Assembly (NCBI GenBank): GCA_015680685.1
Contig: MNCI01000668.1
Location: 382,231-446,230, forward strand
Length of the DNA: 64,000 nucleotides
Direction: 5' to 3'
Source of the DNA: Gnetum montanum
Taxonomy: Eukaryota > Plantae > Gnetophyta
Below the pieces are notes generated by a model that saw only the letters and a list, made by a program, of their open reading frames with translations, was not told the origin of the DNA and searched no databases. This document shows positions 36,271 through 49,686 of the stretch, one piece after another. Both the position numbers and the translations under genes were made by a program. Position 1 is the first letter of the stretch. Every line of letters starts with the position of its first letter.

Positions 36271-39199
36271 GACAAAATGCAAATCATTAAAAATAAAAAT
36301 CATATAAAAAACCATTATATATCTAAGTTATTATTCTAGCCATTTCCATATGTTTAATTCACAAAAAAATAATAGTAAATGAAAAAAATGCATAACTTTG
36401 CCTATGCTAAAACTCAACTTTCCACAACAAACAAGCAGCTTCTCATCCCTCCAGTTAAATATGCTCTAACCTAATAGTATATTTACCATACAGAATCAAT
36501 TTTTTTCATAATCATTTTTTAACATTAAGTGACCTATTAACAACCACTAACTAATTAACATATATGTCTAACTTTTCTATATTTTCAATGTACTTAGTAC
36601 CACTTAGCATCTTAAAATACTCTTACTTAATGAATTAATAGTCTTGGAACAACCTCAACTAGAAAAACCCAAGCTATTCTGAATGATAAGGTAATTATTT
36701 CATTTGAGTTTTAGATTTGAAGAAAATTGCAAATTGTAGCCACGAGAAAGTTGCCTGAGTCTTTAGATTAGTCATCAAGAATTGCATCTAATTATGATGC
36801 CCATGATGAGATGATTAAGTTCAAGAAACATAACAAAAAAAAAGTATTAAGAAAGAGGTAGAATCTTGATCTTGATGCACTTAGAGCATAAGCTATTTTT
36901 ATTGGCCTAGGAGCCAACAAAAGAGGTTCAAGGAATAATCCATCCAGAGTAGCTTTAATAGAAGCAGCAAGAAAAGAAGAAGATGAAAAAAGGCACATTG
37001 GCCATTGTGGCCTATAGTTGACCTTTTCAAAGAAACCATATCAAATTACACTACAGACATATAAAAGACCAACTATAATATATTAAAATGTATATCTTTG
37101 ATTTATGGAATTCTAGCCTTGAGTTTAGATGTACTCATTTTGGTTAAACATAAAGTTGCATCAAACATAAGTCAAACATGCACTCTATTATAAATTAACA
37201 TGATTTCCTTATGCTATACTTTCATTCATGGGATCTCATCATTTGATTGGATCATCATTATCTAGTCATGATTTATCCTGTCATCATAGACAAATTTGTA
37301 AAGGTAGGTGAAGTATTCAACAACCATTATTTACTATGGTAAGATTATATACCTAACATCATAGTCCATATACATTTATTTTTACATGCAACCTATCTTA
37401 GCATACCCTAAAATTAAAAGTGTAACTTGCAAACTACAAACTACATGTTGAGTTATACCTTAAACTCACCATTTGACTAGATGTATATTACAATAATTTT
37501 CCTTGTAATAAATAAAATTTTTAGCTCTACATATATGTAATAGAAGATTGAGTTTCATATTCCCTCAAAAATTGCAAATTCAAGTTGTATTTAAGGCACC
37601 ATCATGTTAGCTACATGCTATCTGTATGATTTGAATGTACATATTGTCAAAGTCTCTAGAAACCTTGTAAATCCAACATAGTTCTTTAGTAAAGCTTAGG
37701 TGGCTCAAAGACAACTCAAATGTTCTCTAAAGAATTCCCATGCCACAAGCAATCCCTTGTATGAACCTTTCCAACTTTCAACATTCAGGCCATGATACCA
37801 TCTTAACAATGGTTTTTGCCCTACATGGAACATAGAATTCCCATGTCATAGATTCCTAGGGTCTACAAAGACTTTAGAAAATTTAGTTTATGTTTCATTT
37901 AGGGTTATCACTAGATAAGTTGATGCTATAACTTATGCATTTGGATTTAGAATTTTTTGGCCCTTTACTAAGCTAGAGGTAGGGGTAAAAAACATGGCTT
38001 AGTATAAATAACAAAATTAGAATAATTCTATCATACCATCCATAGCTTACATATTGTTTTTTAGGAAAAAGGACCATTTTTTAACAATAAATACTGAATA
38101 ATGTAAGAAGAACCTTTTTGTTCCAATAAAACATATTGATTAGTATGCTAACATAGTTCTAGCTGAAGCCATTTTTGTCATAGCAATTAGGCATTTATAA
38201 CAAGAAGGTCAGAAGCCAATTCTTGCTAGAGACACAAGGATGAGGTAGGAAGAGTCATAATAGAAATGAGGGAAACAACATTTTTTCCATATACAATAAG
38301 GAAATGAGAGGAGTCAATCCTGTCATAGTCATTAAGCCTTTACAATGGCAATAAAGCACTAGTTTTATCATAAAGGTGGAAGAAGTTAGTTTTGTCATTC
38401 ATAATAGTAATTGAGAAGTCTTGTTTTGTTACAAAAGCTATGAATATTCTAATTTCTAATTATTTACAAATTTCATGCAATGACAAGAAACATACTTTTA
38501 GACAAAAGGAATAATTAATAACATTGACCAAGAATTGGCATTGCATGCACTCTATATAAAAGTAGTGTTTGTAAACTTAGCATAAATTGAATTAATAGCC
38601 AAAATAAAAGATAAGCGTAATATTTGTAGATGTTCGTATTCTAGAAAATCCTATCCATCACTATTTTTCCTCAAACACATTCTAATCTCTAAATAGGACA
38701 TCAACTAATACATGTTACCAAACATACCCTTATAAAACCCATATCGGTTGCTAAATTTAACCAAAAGTCTATGTTAAACTAACACTGTATTATATTCTTG
38801 GTAACTCTACCCTATAGCCATGGTGTACCAAAGAAAATTCTAATTGTTCTAAATTTGAATAGAAATTTTAAAACAAATTTGAAATGCTAGGAGACATGTA
38901 GAATCAAATAAAGAAGTTCAAGAAGTCTACATATGTAACATTTTTCAAACTTCTTCTTTGCATTGAGCTGTAGAAAACTCCAGGATGATAGAATTAATAC
39001 ACCAAATCAAAAAATGGGTGGACATGAACATACCTTGCTTGTCATTGCTATCTGTGGCAACGATGTCTATTGTTAGCTATTTTTGGTAACAATGGTGATG
39101 TTCCTCTTAGTGCACTCTCCTTCTTTGTGGTTTGTTGTGGGCGAGGTTGCAATGATCATAATGTGTCATTTTTCCAACTACCCTAGTATTATTTTTCAT

Positions 39200-39780
39200 A
39201 ATTTACACATGATGCAAGCTACTGTGGCTCACATTTATCTTGTATTTTAACTTTGTTGCATGCATCTTGCATTAAATACTATGAACCATAGTCCTATGAG
39301 CCATTGCTAGGATCATGTGGGAAAGTAGCAACCTTGCAGTTTAATATACAAATGTGTGTGTTGCATGTCATGTTGTGAAGCACAGTTAGATTAGATATTG
39401 TTATTAGTAGGTACTCACACTTTGATGATTAAAGTGCTTGTTTATCATCACTATTAGATGTGAGTCACATGTAGTAGCACTAACAGAATGCAAGCATCAT
39501 GTAGAAAGTAGTGGATATAAATGCGATTGGTTGCTTTCAGCATTAGACTCACAACTTGTCAATCTAAACCACATCTTATATTGAATGCTGCAAGGCACAG
39601 TTGGATGAAAGGTTGCATGTAGCAGGAGCTCACACTGTTAAGATAAGTTTTCTATTTTTTGTTAACAAATTCATGTGAGTCCCATGTACTAGCAAAAAAA
39701 ATAAATAAATTACGAGCATCATGCGTAAAGCATAAATAGTTGATGTGAGAAGATGCTAGTCATAGCATCCTCATAGTTTA
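39200..39780. repeat. Degenerate direct repeats (~213-bp period) downstream of the MULE transposase
   Basis: GCACAGTT...CTCACACT...ATGTGAGTC.CATGTA.TAGCA...AGCATCATG at ~39380-39505 and ~39594-39730. Confidence 0.5.
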
Positions 39781-40171
39781 CCAACAATGTGTATATTAGG
39801 ACACAAGAATAGGTTGAAACCTTTTAAATATTTATATATATTATAATTACTATTCAAATGTACAAGAAAATACAAACAAAGAATAAAACTAGACAAAATT
39901 TGTAGCATCTGAGACAAGAATTATGTGCTTTGTGCAATCTAAAAGGTAGTCAACATCATAAAATTCTCTTCATCATGCAACTTAGGGATTCTATTACTAT
40001 AGATTAGAATGTGAGGGAGATGAGTTCTACAAATTAAAATTAAGAAATGTTACATTGTTACACTTAACAAGCATAAATTAGATATTCAAATTTAGGTCAT
40101 TGGATCAAGAATGTGTCTGTACCTTTTATAAATAGTTTTCTACAACATTTTAGATTAGATAGATTTTGGTG

Positions 40172-42880
40172 TTAATTTTTAGTAGGGCTATTCCAACTTG
40201 AAAATCTTTTGTTACTTGGCAAACCATTTTCATTTACAGAGAAGAAAAACTTAGATTGAATTTGCTCAACATATTTTTCAAGTTCAAGAATATTCTCTTT
40301 ATCTATGGGCATATTCTTTGCAAAATTTTTGAATGCTTTCTTTAATTTTGTTGTTTTTTTCCAACTTGCATCTACATTTTCCTCAAATGCTTTGAATTGC
40401 TCATATGATTTCTGAATGTTCTTTTTGTTGTGCTCATGGGGAGATACTGTTGTGCTATGTACCTCATTGATATTTGATTTCCTAGTGGTTGATCCAAATG
40501 TCTCTAGTGTCATTCCTAATTGTGATGCCTCTTCATAGCTTCAAAATTCATGAGGCATAAATTAATGTATCTCAAAACGGATTCTTGAATCAAAATACTC
40601 ATCTCTAAAGAAGAACTTATATGCACTCATATATCCTTTGACTAATATCAAAACTTTCATTGAAAGCTTGCAAAAATTACCAAGGCTAGACTATCTACAT
40701 TCACAGAAAATACTGAAGGAGAACACTTTGGATACCTTGTACCAAGTATCCCATTTCAAAGAATTTTGACTATGTAGAAGATATTCATCTTCTTTATCCA
40801 GTACTTGTTTACAATTGTCATCACAAATTTCAATTGTCTTTTCCCATGACTTATCGATTTATCTATTCTTTCTATTTATTAGATATCTTGTAAATTTAAG
40901 TATTGCATTGTTTTAGTAATATAGTTGTACCTTTGTCAAAGTCCTTATAAGCTAATCAATGTGATGGTATTTCCTATTTCTGATATCTCTCAAGAATTTT
41001 CCTTTTAAAAATCCATGATAGGACTCCATAACATTGTTTGTGGGCTATTGAGCATGAGGAATATCATGATAGGCTTTTACCCACATCCTTGAGAAATGAA
41101 CCTTTGAGCCCATAGTAAAAGGGAAAAAAATAAAACAAAAAGAGAAAAAAGAAAAGAAAAGAAACATACAATTTAAATATATTAAAACTACAATTGCAAC
41201 ATCAAATAAATATATACTTATGAAATTTATCTCCATTTATCCATTGGCTCTTTAGGTAACTAATGAAGTGAATGTTTTGTTGATGCTCATTGACAAACTT
41301 GTTAATTTCCACAACTACATCCATAGGAGTTTTACATTGATTCATAATAAAGTTCAAATATGCTACCATAGCCTTTCTTATTCTCAAATATCTAACCTTT
41401 ATTGCCAAGTCTTTTCTCCATGCCCTCCAGACATGCCAAATGCATAGAAAAATACGACAACCAAATATTTCACATAATGTTGCACATTTAATTATGATAT
41501 TTTCACATTTTAAACTAAAATTTAAAATAAAAAAATGCATTTTAGTGTTATAACTATTACCTTACAGCATTCATTTCAGCTTTTGAATCATCTAGCATGA
41601 AAGCATTTACTCTTCATTGCAGCATTCAATACCTACATCTTCTCATCAATTTAGAAAGCCAAGCTATGACATCCCTCTTTGTAACCCTAGAGGAGATCAC
41701 CCATGCTATAGGTAGTCCATCGTACTATGAATTAAAAGCCATGACTGTGTGAAGATGGAGTTATTTATAAAAATAACTTTTATATTAGAAAAATGAGCAA
41801 ATTACAATACAAAATATTCTTGATACATAGTTTCTAAAAATACCCCAAACATTTACTTACTCCATATTTGTTGGTGTTGAAGGTTAAATCCATAGCAAGT
41901 ATGTTGTTTTGAGATAAACCTATCATCTTTTTTAGCATCCATGGTGATTGTAACCTGATGATTATTGGGATAGATTGTTCAATGTTCTTCTCTTGATAGT
42001 AAACAAAGAAATCTATGGTGCTTTGGTACCATAACTATGTGCTAATTTTATCATGATCACTTTTTTTTATTTTAGTGTAAAAAATATTATAAATGTTCTT
42101 TTTCAAAAGAAACATGTCTTTTTTTTGTGATACCTTGAATTCTTGCCCTTCATTGAATAGATCCCTAATATATCTTTCATAAATCATATCTACTAGAAAT
42201 CCTTCGATCGATAATGACACTATCTTTTGACATATCTCAAGGCAAATATGTATTGGGTAAACATCTCTTCTATCTGACATGGGACCAAGTAAGCCATGAA
42301 AATAAGCCCTTGACATGTCAACATGATTCATTTCTTTATATATAATGCATGCAACATGCTTAGCGCCATGCATAATTCAAACTATGAAATTACATTGGCA
42401 ACCAATCTTTCTACCAATCCTATTTCTTTTTCTTCCTTCTCTAGGTGCCACCCCTATGGTAACATTCTAGTCATATGAACAACAAAAACTGATTCATGTA
42501 TATATATGGACATTAAGCAATACTCCAATAATATGCAATATACAAAATATTTAATAAACATTGTTAAGGACTTTAGAAATTCAAGAAAACCTACCTTGTA
42601 TGACAAGTGTAGTGGTTTGCTCAAGAGCAAGTTTTCTTTTTCTATTTTTGTTGGTTTTTTTTCTATAGAAAAATTCACATGGAAACATTACATCTCTCTA
42701 TTCACCTACAATAAAATTGTCCACCCTTTCTTTCTATATTTAAGCAAAGGCATTGTCATAGAAATAGGACCATCTTATTTCATTTTTTTTGAAAGAGGAT
42801 CAATTACTAGGTCTTGTATTTATTGTTGCCATGCTGTTTCCCAGAAACCAGCACGCTCTCACCATCTCCGCGTCTAAACA
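40172..42880 (-). pseudogene. Mutator-like (MULE) DDE transposase with SWIM zinc finger, intron-containing, decayed
   Basis: RKIGCQCNFIV..HVD..HG N-terminal finger; LAMDLTFNTNKYG; HTVMAFNS*YDGLPIAWVISS; FMLDDSKAEMNAV; FLCIWHVWRAW; TNNVMESYHGFLK; SWIM-like CECR*SSLGNFCKL; GT donors at ~41860 and ~41560. Confidence 0.9.
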
Positions 42881-43149
42881 AAAATGTTTTTTAGTCCCTA
42901 ACTCAAAAAACAATTCCAAAATCTACAAAAATTATAATTGATAAATACAATTTACAAATTTAAATCAACCTCCATACATACCTTTGAAATCACCACAAAC
43001 CTTGTTTCTACTACTTCTCTTGAACTAGCCACAATGCTACAATTTAAAAATTTGGTTATTAATTTCTATTTTTTCATGTAATGTATAATCTTTTTAAGGT
43101 GGGTGTGACTTGATGCATAATGCACCCTATCACAGTTTAAATTATTAAA

Positions 43150-46100
43150 TTGCAACTCACATCAACCTCGTATGAGCTTCTGTGAAGTCTCCTAGCTATT
43201 GATAGTAGGTATTCACTCTAGCTTCTTAGCTTCCAACTGATCAAAAGACTTCCAACAAAGTTTTATAAAGCAATGTGATGTATTGCCCATAGTAGTCTAG
43301 TCATAGCTAGCTTTGGAAGATGCTTTGCTTTTGGTTATTTATGGTTACTTGAAAATCATTGCTTTCAATATATAGACACACTTCCAAATAGATTTTTACA
43401 TGTATTACGTGGGGCTGCATCTAGCAACCTCTTCGTAATCACCTTCAAAAGGCTTCCAGCAACTAGAAGCTTGCATTCACCCTTGAATGGAGGCTTTCAA
43501 TTAATTGGAAAAATTCTAGTAAATTTTTACAAAGTAGTGTGAGATACTACTCATAGTAGTTTTCTTGTAGCTGGCTTTGGAAGATGCTCCACTTCTTCTC
43601 ATCAGTAGTTACTTGGAAATCCCTACTTCCAGTATATAGATCCACTTCCAGAGAGATTTTCACATGCATTGTGCAGGGGTGCATCTAGTAGCCTTCACAC
43701 AGTCACTTTTGGAAGGGTTCCAATAGTTGGAAGCTTACATTCACCCTTGCATGGAGGTTTCCAATTGATCAAAAGAATTTTGGTAAAGTTTTACAAAGCA
43801 GTGTAAGGTGTTGCTCATAGTAGTCTACTCACAGTGAGCTCTAGAAGATGCTCCACTTTTGATCATCCACAGTTACTTGAAAATCACTACTTTCAGTCTA
43901 CAAACATGCTTCGGGAGAGATTTTTACATGCACTACATGGAAGTTGCATTTAGCAACCTCCCTACAGTTAGCTCTTGAAGGCTTCTAGCAATCGGAAACT
44001 TGCATTCACCCTTACATAGAGGCTTCTAGTTGATTGGAAGACTTCCAACAAAGTTTTACAAAGTTTTGTGAGATACTGCCTACAGTATTCTATTTGTAGT
44101 CAATTTTGGAAGATGCTCCTCTTTTGACCATCTACAATTACTTTGAAATCATTGCTTCTAATCTACAGACACACTTTTGAAGAGATTTTTACATGCACTA
44201 CATAGGGATGTGTCTAGTAGCTTCCTCGTAGTCACTTTTGGAAGGCTTCTAGTCAGTGGAAGCTTGTATTAACCCTTACATGGAGGCTTCAAGTTGATCG
44301 AAAGACTTATAGCAAAGTTTTACAAAGCACTATGAGGTACTACTTGTACTAGTCTACTTGTATTCGATTTTAAAAGATGCTTCACTTTTGGTTATCTGTA
44401 TTTACTTGGAAATCCCTACTTCCAATCTACAAATGCACTTGCAAAGAAATTTTTACATGCACTACATGGGGGTGCATCTATTAGCCTCCTCGTAGTCATC
44501 TCTAGAAGGCTTCTAGCAACTAGAAGCTCACATTCACCCTTGCATGGAGGCTTCTAGTTGATTAGAAGACTTGTAGCAAAGTTTTACAAAGTAATGCAAG
44601 GTAATACCCATAGCAGTCTACTTGTAGTTGGCTCTGAAAGACTCTATTCTTCTGGTCATCTATAGTTACTTGGAAATCACCACTTTGAGTCTACAAATGT
44701 GATTTTGGAGACATTTTTACATGCATTGCGTAGGGGTGTATATAGCAATCACCTCGTAATCACTTTTGGAAGCCTTATAGCAACTAGAAGCTCACATTCA
44801 CCTTTTCATAGAGGCTTCTAGTTGATTGGTAGACTTTTGGCAAAGTTTTACAAAGCACTATAAGGTACTACCCATAGTAGTTTCCTTGTAGCTAGTTTTG
44901 AAAGATTCTTTGATTCTAGTAATCTACAATCAGTTGGAAATCATTGCTTTTGATCTATAGATGTTCTTTTAGAGAGATTTTTACATACATTGTGTGAGGG
45001 TGCATCTAGCAGCCTCCTCATAGTCACTTTCAAAAGGGTTCTAGAAACTAGAAGCTTGCATTCACCCTTGTATGGAGGCTTCGAGTTGATCAAAAGAATT
45101 CTAGCAAAGTTTTACAAAGCACTACAAGGTACTACTTGTAGCTGTTTGCTTGTAGTCATCTCTAAAATATGCTCTACTTCTGGTCATCTATAGTTACTTG
45201 AAAATCATTTCTTTTGGTCAACAAACATGCTACTGGAGAGATTGTTACATGCACTATGAGGTGATGCATCTAGCAACCTCTTTGTAGTCACTTTTGTAAG
45301 GCTTTCAATAACCAAAAGCTTACATTCACCCTTGCATGGAGGCTTTTAGTTGATCAGAAGAGTTCTAGCAAAGTTTTACAAAGTAGTGCAAGATAGTTTC
45401 CATAGTAGTCTCCTCATTGCTAGCTCCAGAAGATACTATGCTTTTAGTTATCTATAGTTCCTTAAAAATTTCTAATTCCAGTCTACAAACTCACTTCTAG
45501 AAAGATTTTTACACACATTGTGAGGAGGTATGTCTAGCAACCTCTTCGTAGTCACTTCTGGAAGGCTTCCAACAATTGGAAGCTTACATTTACTCTTATA
45601 TGGAGGCTTTCGGTTGATTAGAAGAGCTATAGCAAAGTTTTATAAAGCACTATGAGGTATTGCCTATAGCAGTCTACTTGCAATTGACTCTGGAAGATGC
45701 TCCACTTTTGGTCATCTATAGTTCCTTGAAAATCATTTCTTTTGTTCTATAGATACACTTCTATAGAGATTTTTACACATACTACGAGGGGATGTGTCTA
45801 GTAGCCTTCTCATAGTTGCTTTTGAAAGGCTTTCAACAATTGAAAGCTCACATTAACCCTTACATGGAGGCTTTTAGTTGAGTGGGAGAGTTCTAGCAAA
45901 GTTTTACAAAGTAGTGCAAGGTAGTACCTATAGTAGTCTACTCGTAGTTGGCTTTGAAAGACTTTGTGCCTTCGATCATCTATAGTTAGTTAGAAATCTC
46001 TACTTTTGATTTACAAGTGTGCTTCTAGAGAGATTTTTAGATGCATTTTGTGGGGGTGCATCTAGCAGCCTTCCTGTAGTCACCTTTGGAAGGCCTCCAG

Positions 46101-46830
46101 CAACCAGAAGCTTGCATTCACTTTTGCATGAAGGCTCTTGGTTGATCAGAAGAAACCCAACAAAGTTTTACAAAGCATTGTAAGGTACTGCATGTAGCAG
46201 TCTTCACATAGCTAGCTCTAGAAGATGCTATGCTTTCAGTGATTTGCTATTTTTTGGAAATTGTTGCTTCCAATCTACAGACACACTTCCAAAGAGATTT
46301 TTACATGCACTAAAAGGGGGTGCATCTAGCAACCTCTCAGTAGTTACTTCCAAAAGGCTTCTAACAACTGGAAGCTCGCATTCACCCTTTCATGGAGGCT
46401 TCCGGTTGATCAGAAGAGTTTAAGCAAAGTTTTACAAAGAAGTGCAAGGTAGCAATTTGCTCGTAGTTAGCTCTAGAAGACTTTGTGCTTCTAGTCATTT
46501 GTAGTTATCTAGAAATTGCTACTTCTATTCTAAAGACGTGCTTCTAGAGAGATCTTTACATGCACTGTGAGGGGGTGCATATAGCAATCGCCCCACACTC
46601 GCTTTCAGAAGACTAATAGCAACTGGAAGCTTACATTCATCCTTGTATGAAGGCTTTTGGTTAATCGAAAGAGTTCCAGCAAAGTTTTACAAAGTACTAT
46701 GAGGTACTACCATAGTAGTCTTCTTGCTACTAGCTTTAGAAGACATTGTGCTTTTGTAGTTCCTTGGAAATCACTGCTTCTGGTCTTCAGACATGGTTTT
46801 GGTGAGATTTTTACAAGCACTATGAGGGGG
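43150..46830. repeat. Tandem array of ~14 x 264-bp units (dimer of ~132-bp subunits) upstream of the MULE transposase
   Basis: Anchor (C/T)ATT(C/A/T)A(C/T) at 43210, 43474, 43738, 44003, 44267, 44531, 44795, 45059, 45323, 45587, 45851, 46115, 46379, 46634. Confidence 0.95.
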
Positions 46831-48761
46831 TGGGTATTGTAGGTTCTTTTGAAATACCTATTTTCACATGTGATGGGATGGAATGCTGGTATGTACATTC
46901 TTGTTGTTAGGATTGTGAGGAATTATGGCTAGCAGCAATTGGATGTTCATACATGTCACATAGTATACCCATGATGGTTGAATGATCATCACACATTATG
47001 CCAATCATAGTTTCATTGTTACAGACATAAGCCACCAACCATACCATAGATTTGTTTATACCCTAAAGAGAATAGATGTAACCATGTTCCATTAGCATGA
47101 GGTGTTACTCTTGGACTTTGAGCTAGTATCGTAGTGTGCAAAGCATGTAAGCCTACACTTTACTCCACAATATTACTATGATTTTCATATTGTTAAAAAT
47201 AATTTTTTTCAAGATTTTGACAAAATCAAAATTTTCTAATTACATGATGGCCTTCCTTCATAGTAAAGAGTGCTAGTCAATGGAGGTAAGGTTACTTGAA
47301 TTCTTCATGTGCAAGGAAGAATGCATGAGTTTGATTTAACTGCTACATTAAAGTCAATAAATCACAAAGTTGAGCTCATGTGAACTATGCATGTGCCTCA
47401 AAAGCATTAATTACAAAATTTTTCATGTGGAATGAAGTTTTAGGTTTATTACATTGGCTACGTGTCTTATACATAGTGTAAGGAAAAGTGTTTCTTCAAT
47501 AGAACTGATATTTCTTCAACAAAATTGATTTTCCTTTTTTTTTTAATTATCTTCAATTTCTAAATTTGATCTCTCTAGAATTCCCATATAAGGGTTTCTA
47601 AATTATCTCTAATTTCTTCAACTCATACTAAAATTCCTATTTCTTTTATTAATGCAAAGTTGATTATGAAAGTATAGATTTACAAGCTAGTGAGAAAATA
47701 TTTGACATGCCTGTCTAATAATCTTGATGTAACTCAAATACTTGATTTTGTTTAATCTAATGTATATGAGTTAGTAGTAGTTGATCTTATATCATGATAT
47801 GTATTCATTCAAATTTTGGATTACCTAACTCACAATCAAAGTTTTACTTTACAATAAAATGATATGATGTAAAAACATGACATTCAAAGTCATTTATGCT
47901 AAGTATTATTTTCATTTTCTTAAACTTGTTAAACTAGGAAATAATTCAATGGTGCAATGTGCCCTAGATATAGGGTCTTTTATATGTAAGCATGTAGTGT
48001 TGAATATTCATAAATGGACTTCATATTTTAATGTCTAATTTGAAGAATATTCTAAAGTTTTATGTTTTGTTAAGCTATTTTAAGTCTAAGCACAAATATA
48101 GAAAATGAGGTTAAGACCAAAACCATCCTTCCTATTAAAAATTAATTTTACTCTCTTAAATTTTTAAACCATCTATTATAAGTAGCTAAGTACATATCCT
48201 TAAAATTTAAAAATTGTTCTTTTTCATATTATGTTTGGTGCTTTCTACTTATTGATTAAGCATGTAATGTACTTTGAATTTCTTTTTACTTATTATTAAT
48301 ATATTTTTGGGATATGAAACATTCCAAAACTTATATTTTCATCATTTTTAAATATATAACATATCATCTTCCTACCTTTATTCCATTTATGATGGATAGG
48401 TCATTAACATAAGCTAATCTAAACTTATATATTCGTTATGTGTTTCAACATAAAATGCTTTATCTTGATGTCTTTATCCTATCTATGATGGGTTAATCAT
48501 TAAGGTAAGCTAAAGATTTAACTTTGTTTTACTATGGCCAATTATCTACCTAATGGCATAATCTCTAAATGTATATTTTTATCCTAGCCAATAAAAGGTA
48601 GCTTAAGTAGTTAGGTTATTTTTTGATAAATATTTGTAAGTTAGAAGTTTCCAGTTTAAGTTACACTTAAGACATTATTATTTTCCTTTATAATTATTCT
48701 AAAGTATTATGTTGGCTATACATTGTTAGATATATTTATAGCTAAATTATTAAATATATTT

Positions 48762-48965
48762 AACAATAAGGTATTAACCTAGTGGTAAGATTCTTGATTT
48801 GAAAGTTTCAAGTTATGGATTCAATTTTAGTGGGCAATGCTAAGTTATAAAGTTATAATTGGACTATATATTTTAGGGTGTACCTATATTACAATTATTT
48901 TAGGGTTCCAAACCCACCATTCCCTTTCTTAGCTCATACTCAAATTATTTCAATTTTAACACTCA
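48762..48965 (+). mobile_element. tRNA-derived SINE copy
   Basis: TTAACCTAGTGGTAAGA A-box-like, GGATTCAATT B-box-like, family body and AATTATTTTAGGGTTCCAA tail. Confidence 0.7.
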
Positions 48966-49124
48966 TCCACATCCCTTTATTCATATTATATCCTTAAGTA
49001 GCATGTGTTTAATAATACCTCTTAGAGTTAAATCTATGACTTGCAAATCACAAATAACATGCTCTAACTAAGTGAGTAATGCCTTTTTGACTCTTAGTGT
49101 ATCATGTATACTAATCCTATGTAA

Positions 49125-49312
49125 AGTAAGGAGGGTGTTGAAACCCCAAAAATAATTTTTTAAGGGAAGGGGGATGTTGGAATCTGAAATAATTGTAATA
49201 TAGATACATCCCAAGATATAGTCCAAATTATAACTTTATAATTTGTTATATCCTACCAAAATCAAATCCATGAATTCAATTTTTTAAATCACCACTAGCC
49301 TAAAGCCTCATT
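49125..49312 (-). mobile_element. tRNA-derived SINE copy, inverted relative to 48762-48965
   Basis: Reverse complement reads GGCTAGTGGT...GGATTTGATTTTGGTAGG...TATAAAGTTATAATTTGGACTATATC...TATATTACAATTATTTCAGATTCCAAC. Confidence 0.7.
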
Positions 49313-49358
49313 ATTAAACCCTAAATAATTTTTTGGGGGAAGGTATTAGTCCCCCTGC

Positions 49359-49359
<1 letters not shown>

Positions 49360-49442
<83 letters not shown>

Positions 49443-49669
49443 NNNNNNNNNNNNNNNNNNNNNNNNNNNNNNNNNNNNNNNNNNNNNNNNNNNNNNNNNN
49501 NNNNNNNNNNNNNNNNNNNNNNNNNNNNNNNNNNNNNNNNNNNNNNNNNNNNNNNNNNNNNNNNNNNNNNNNNNNNNNNNNNNNNNNNNNNNNNNNNNNN
49601 NNNNNNNNNNNNNNNNNNNNNNNNNNNNNNNNNNNNNNNNNNNNNNNNCCCCCCCCCCCCCCCCCCCCC
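49360..49669. other. Assembly gap (N run 49443-49648) flanked by poly-C
   Basis: Seen directly. Confidence 0.98.
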
Positions 49670-49686
49670 TCCCACACACACAAAAT

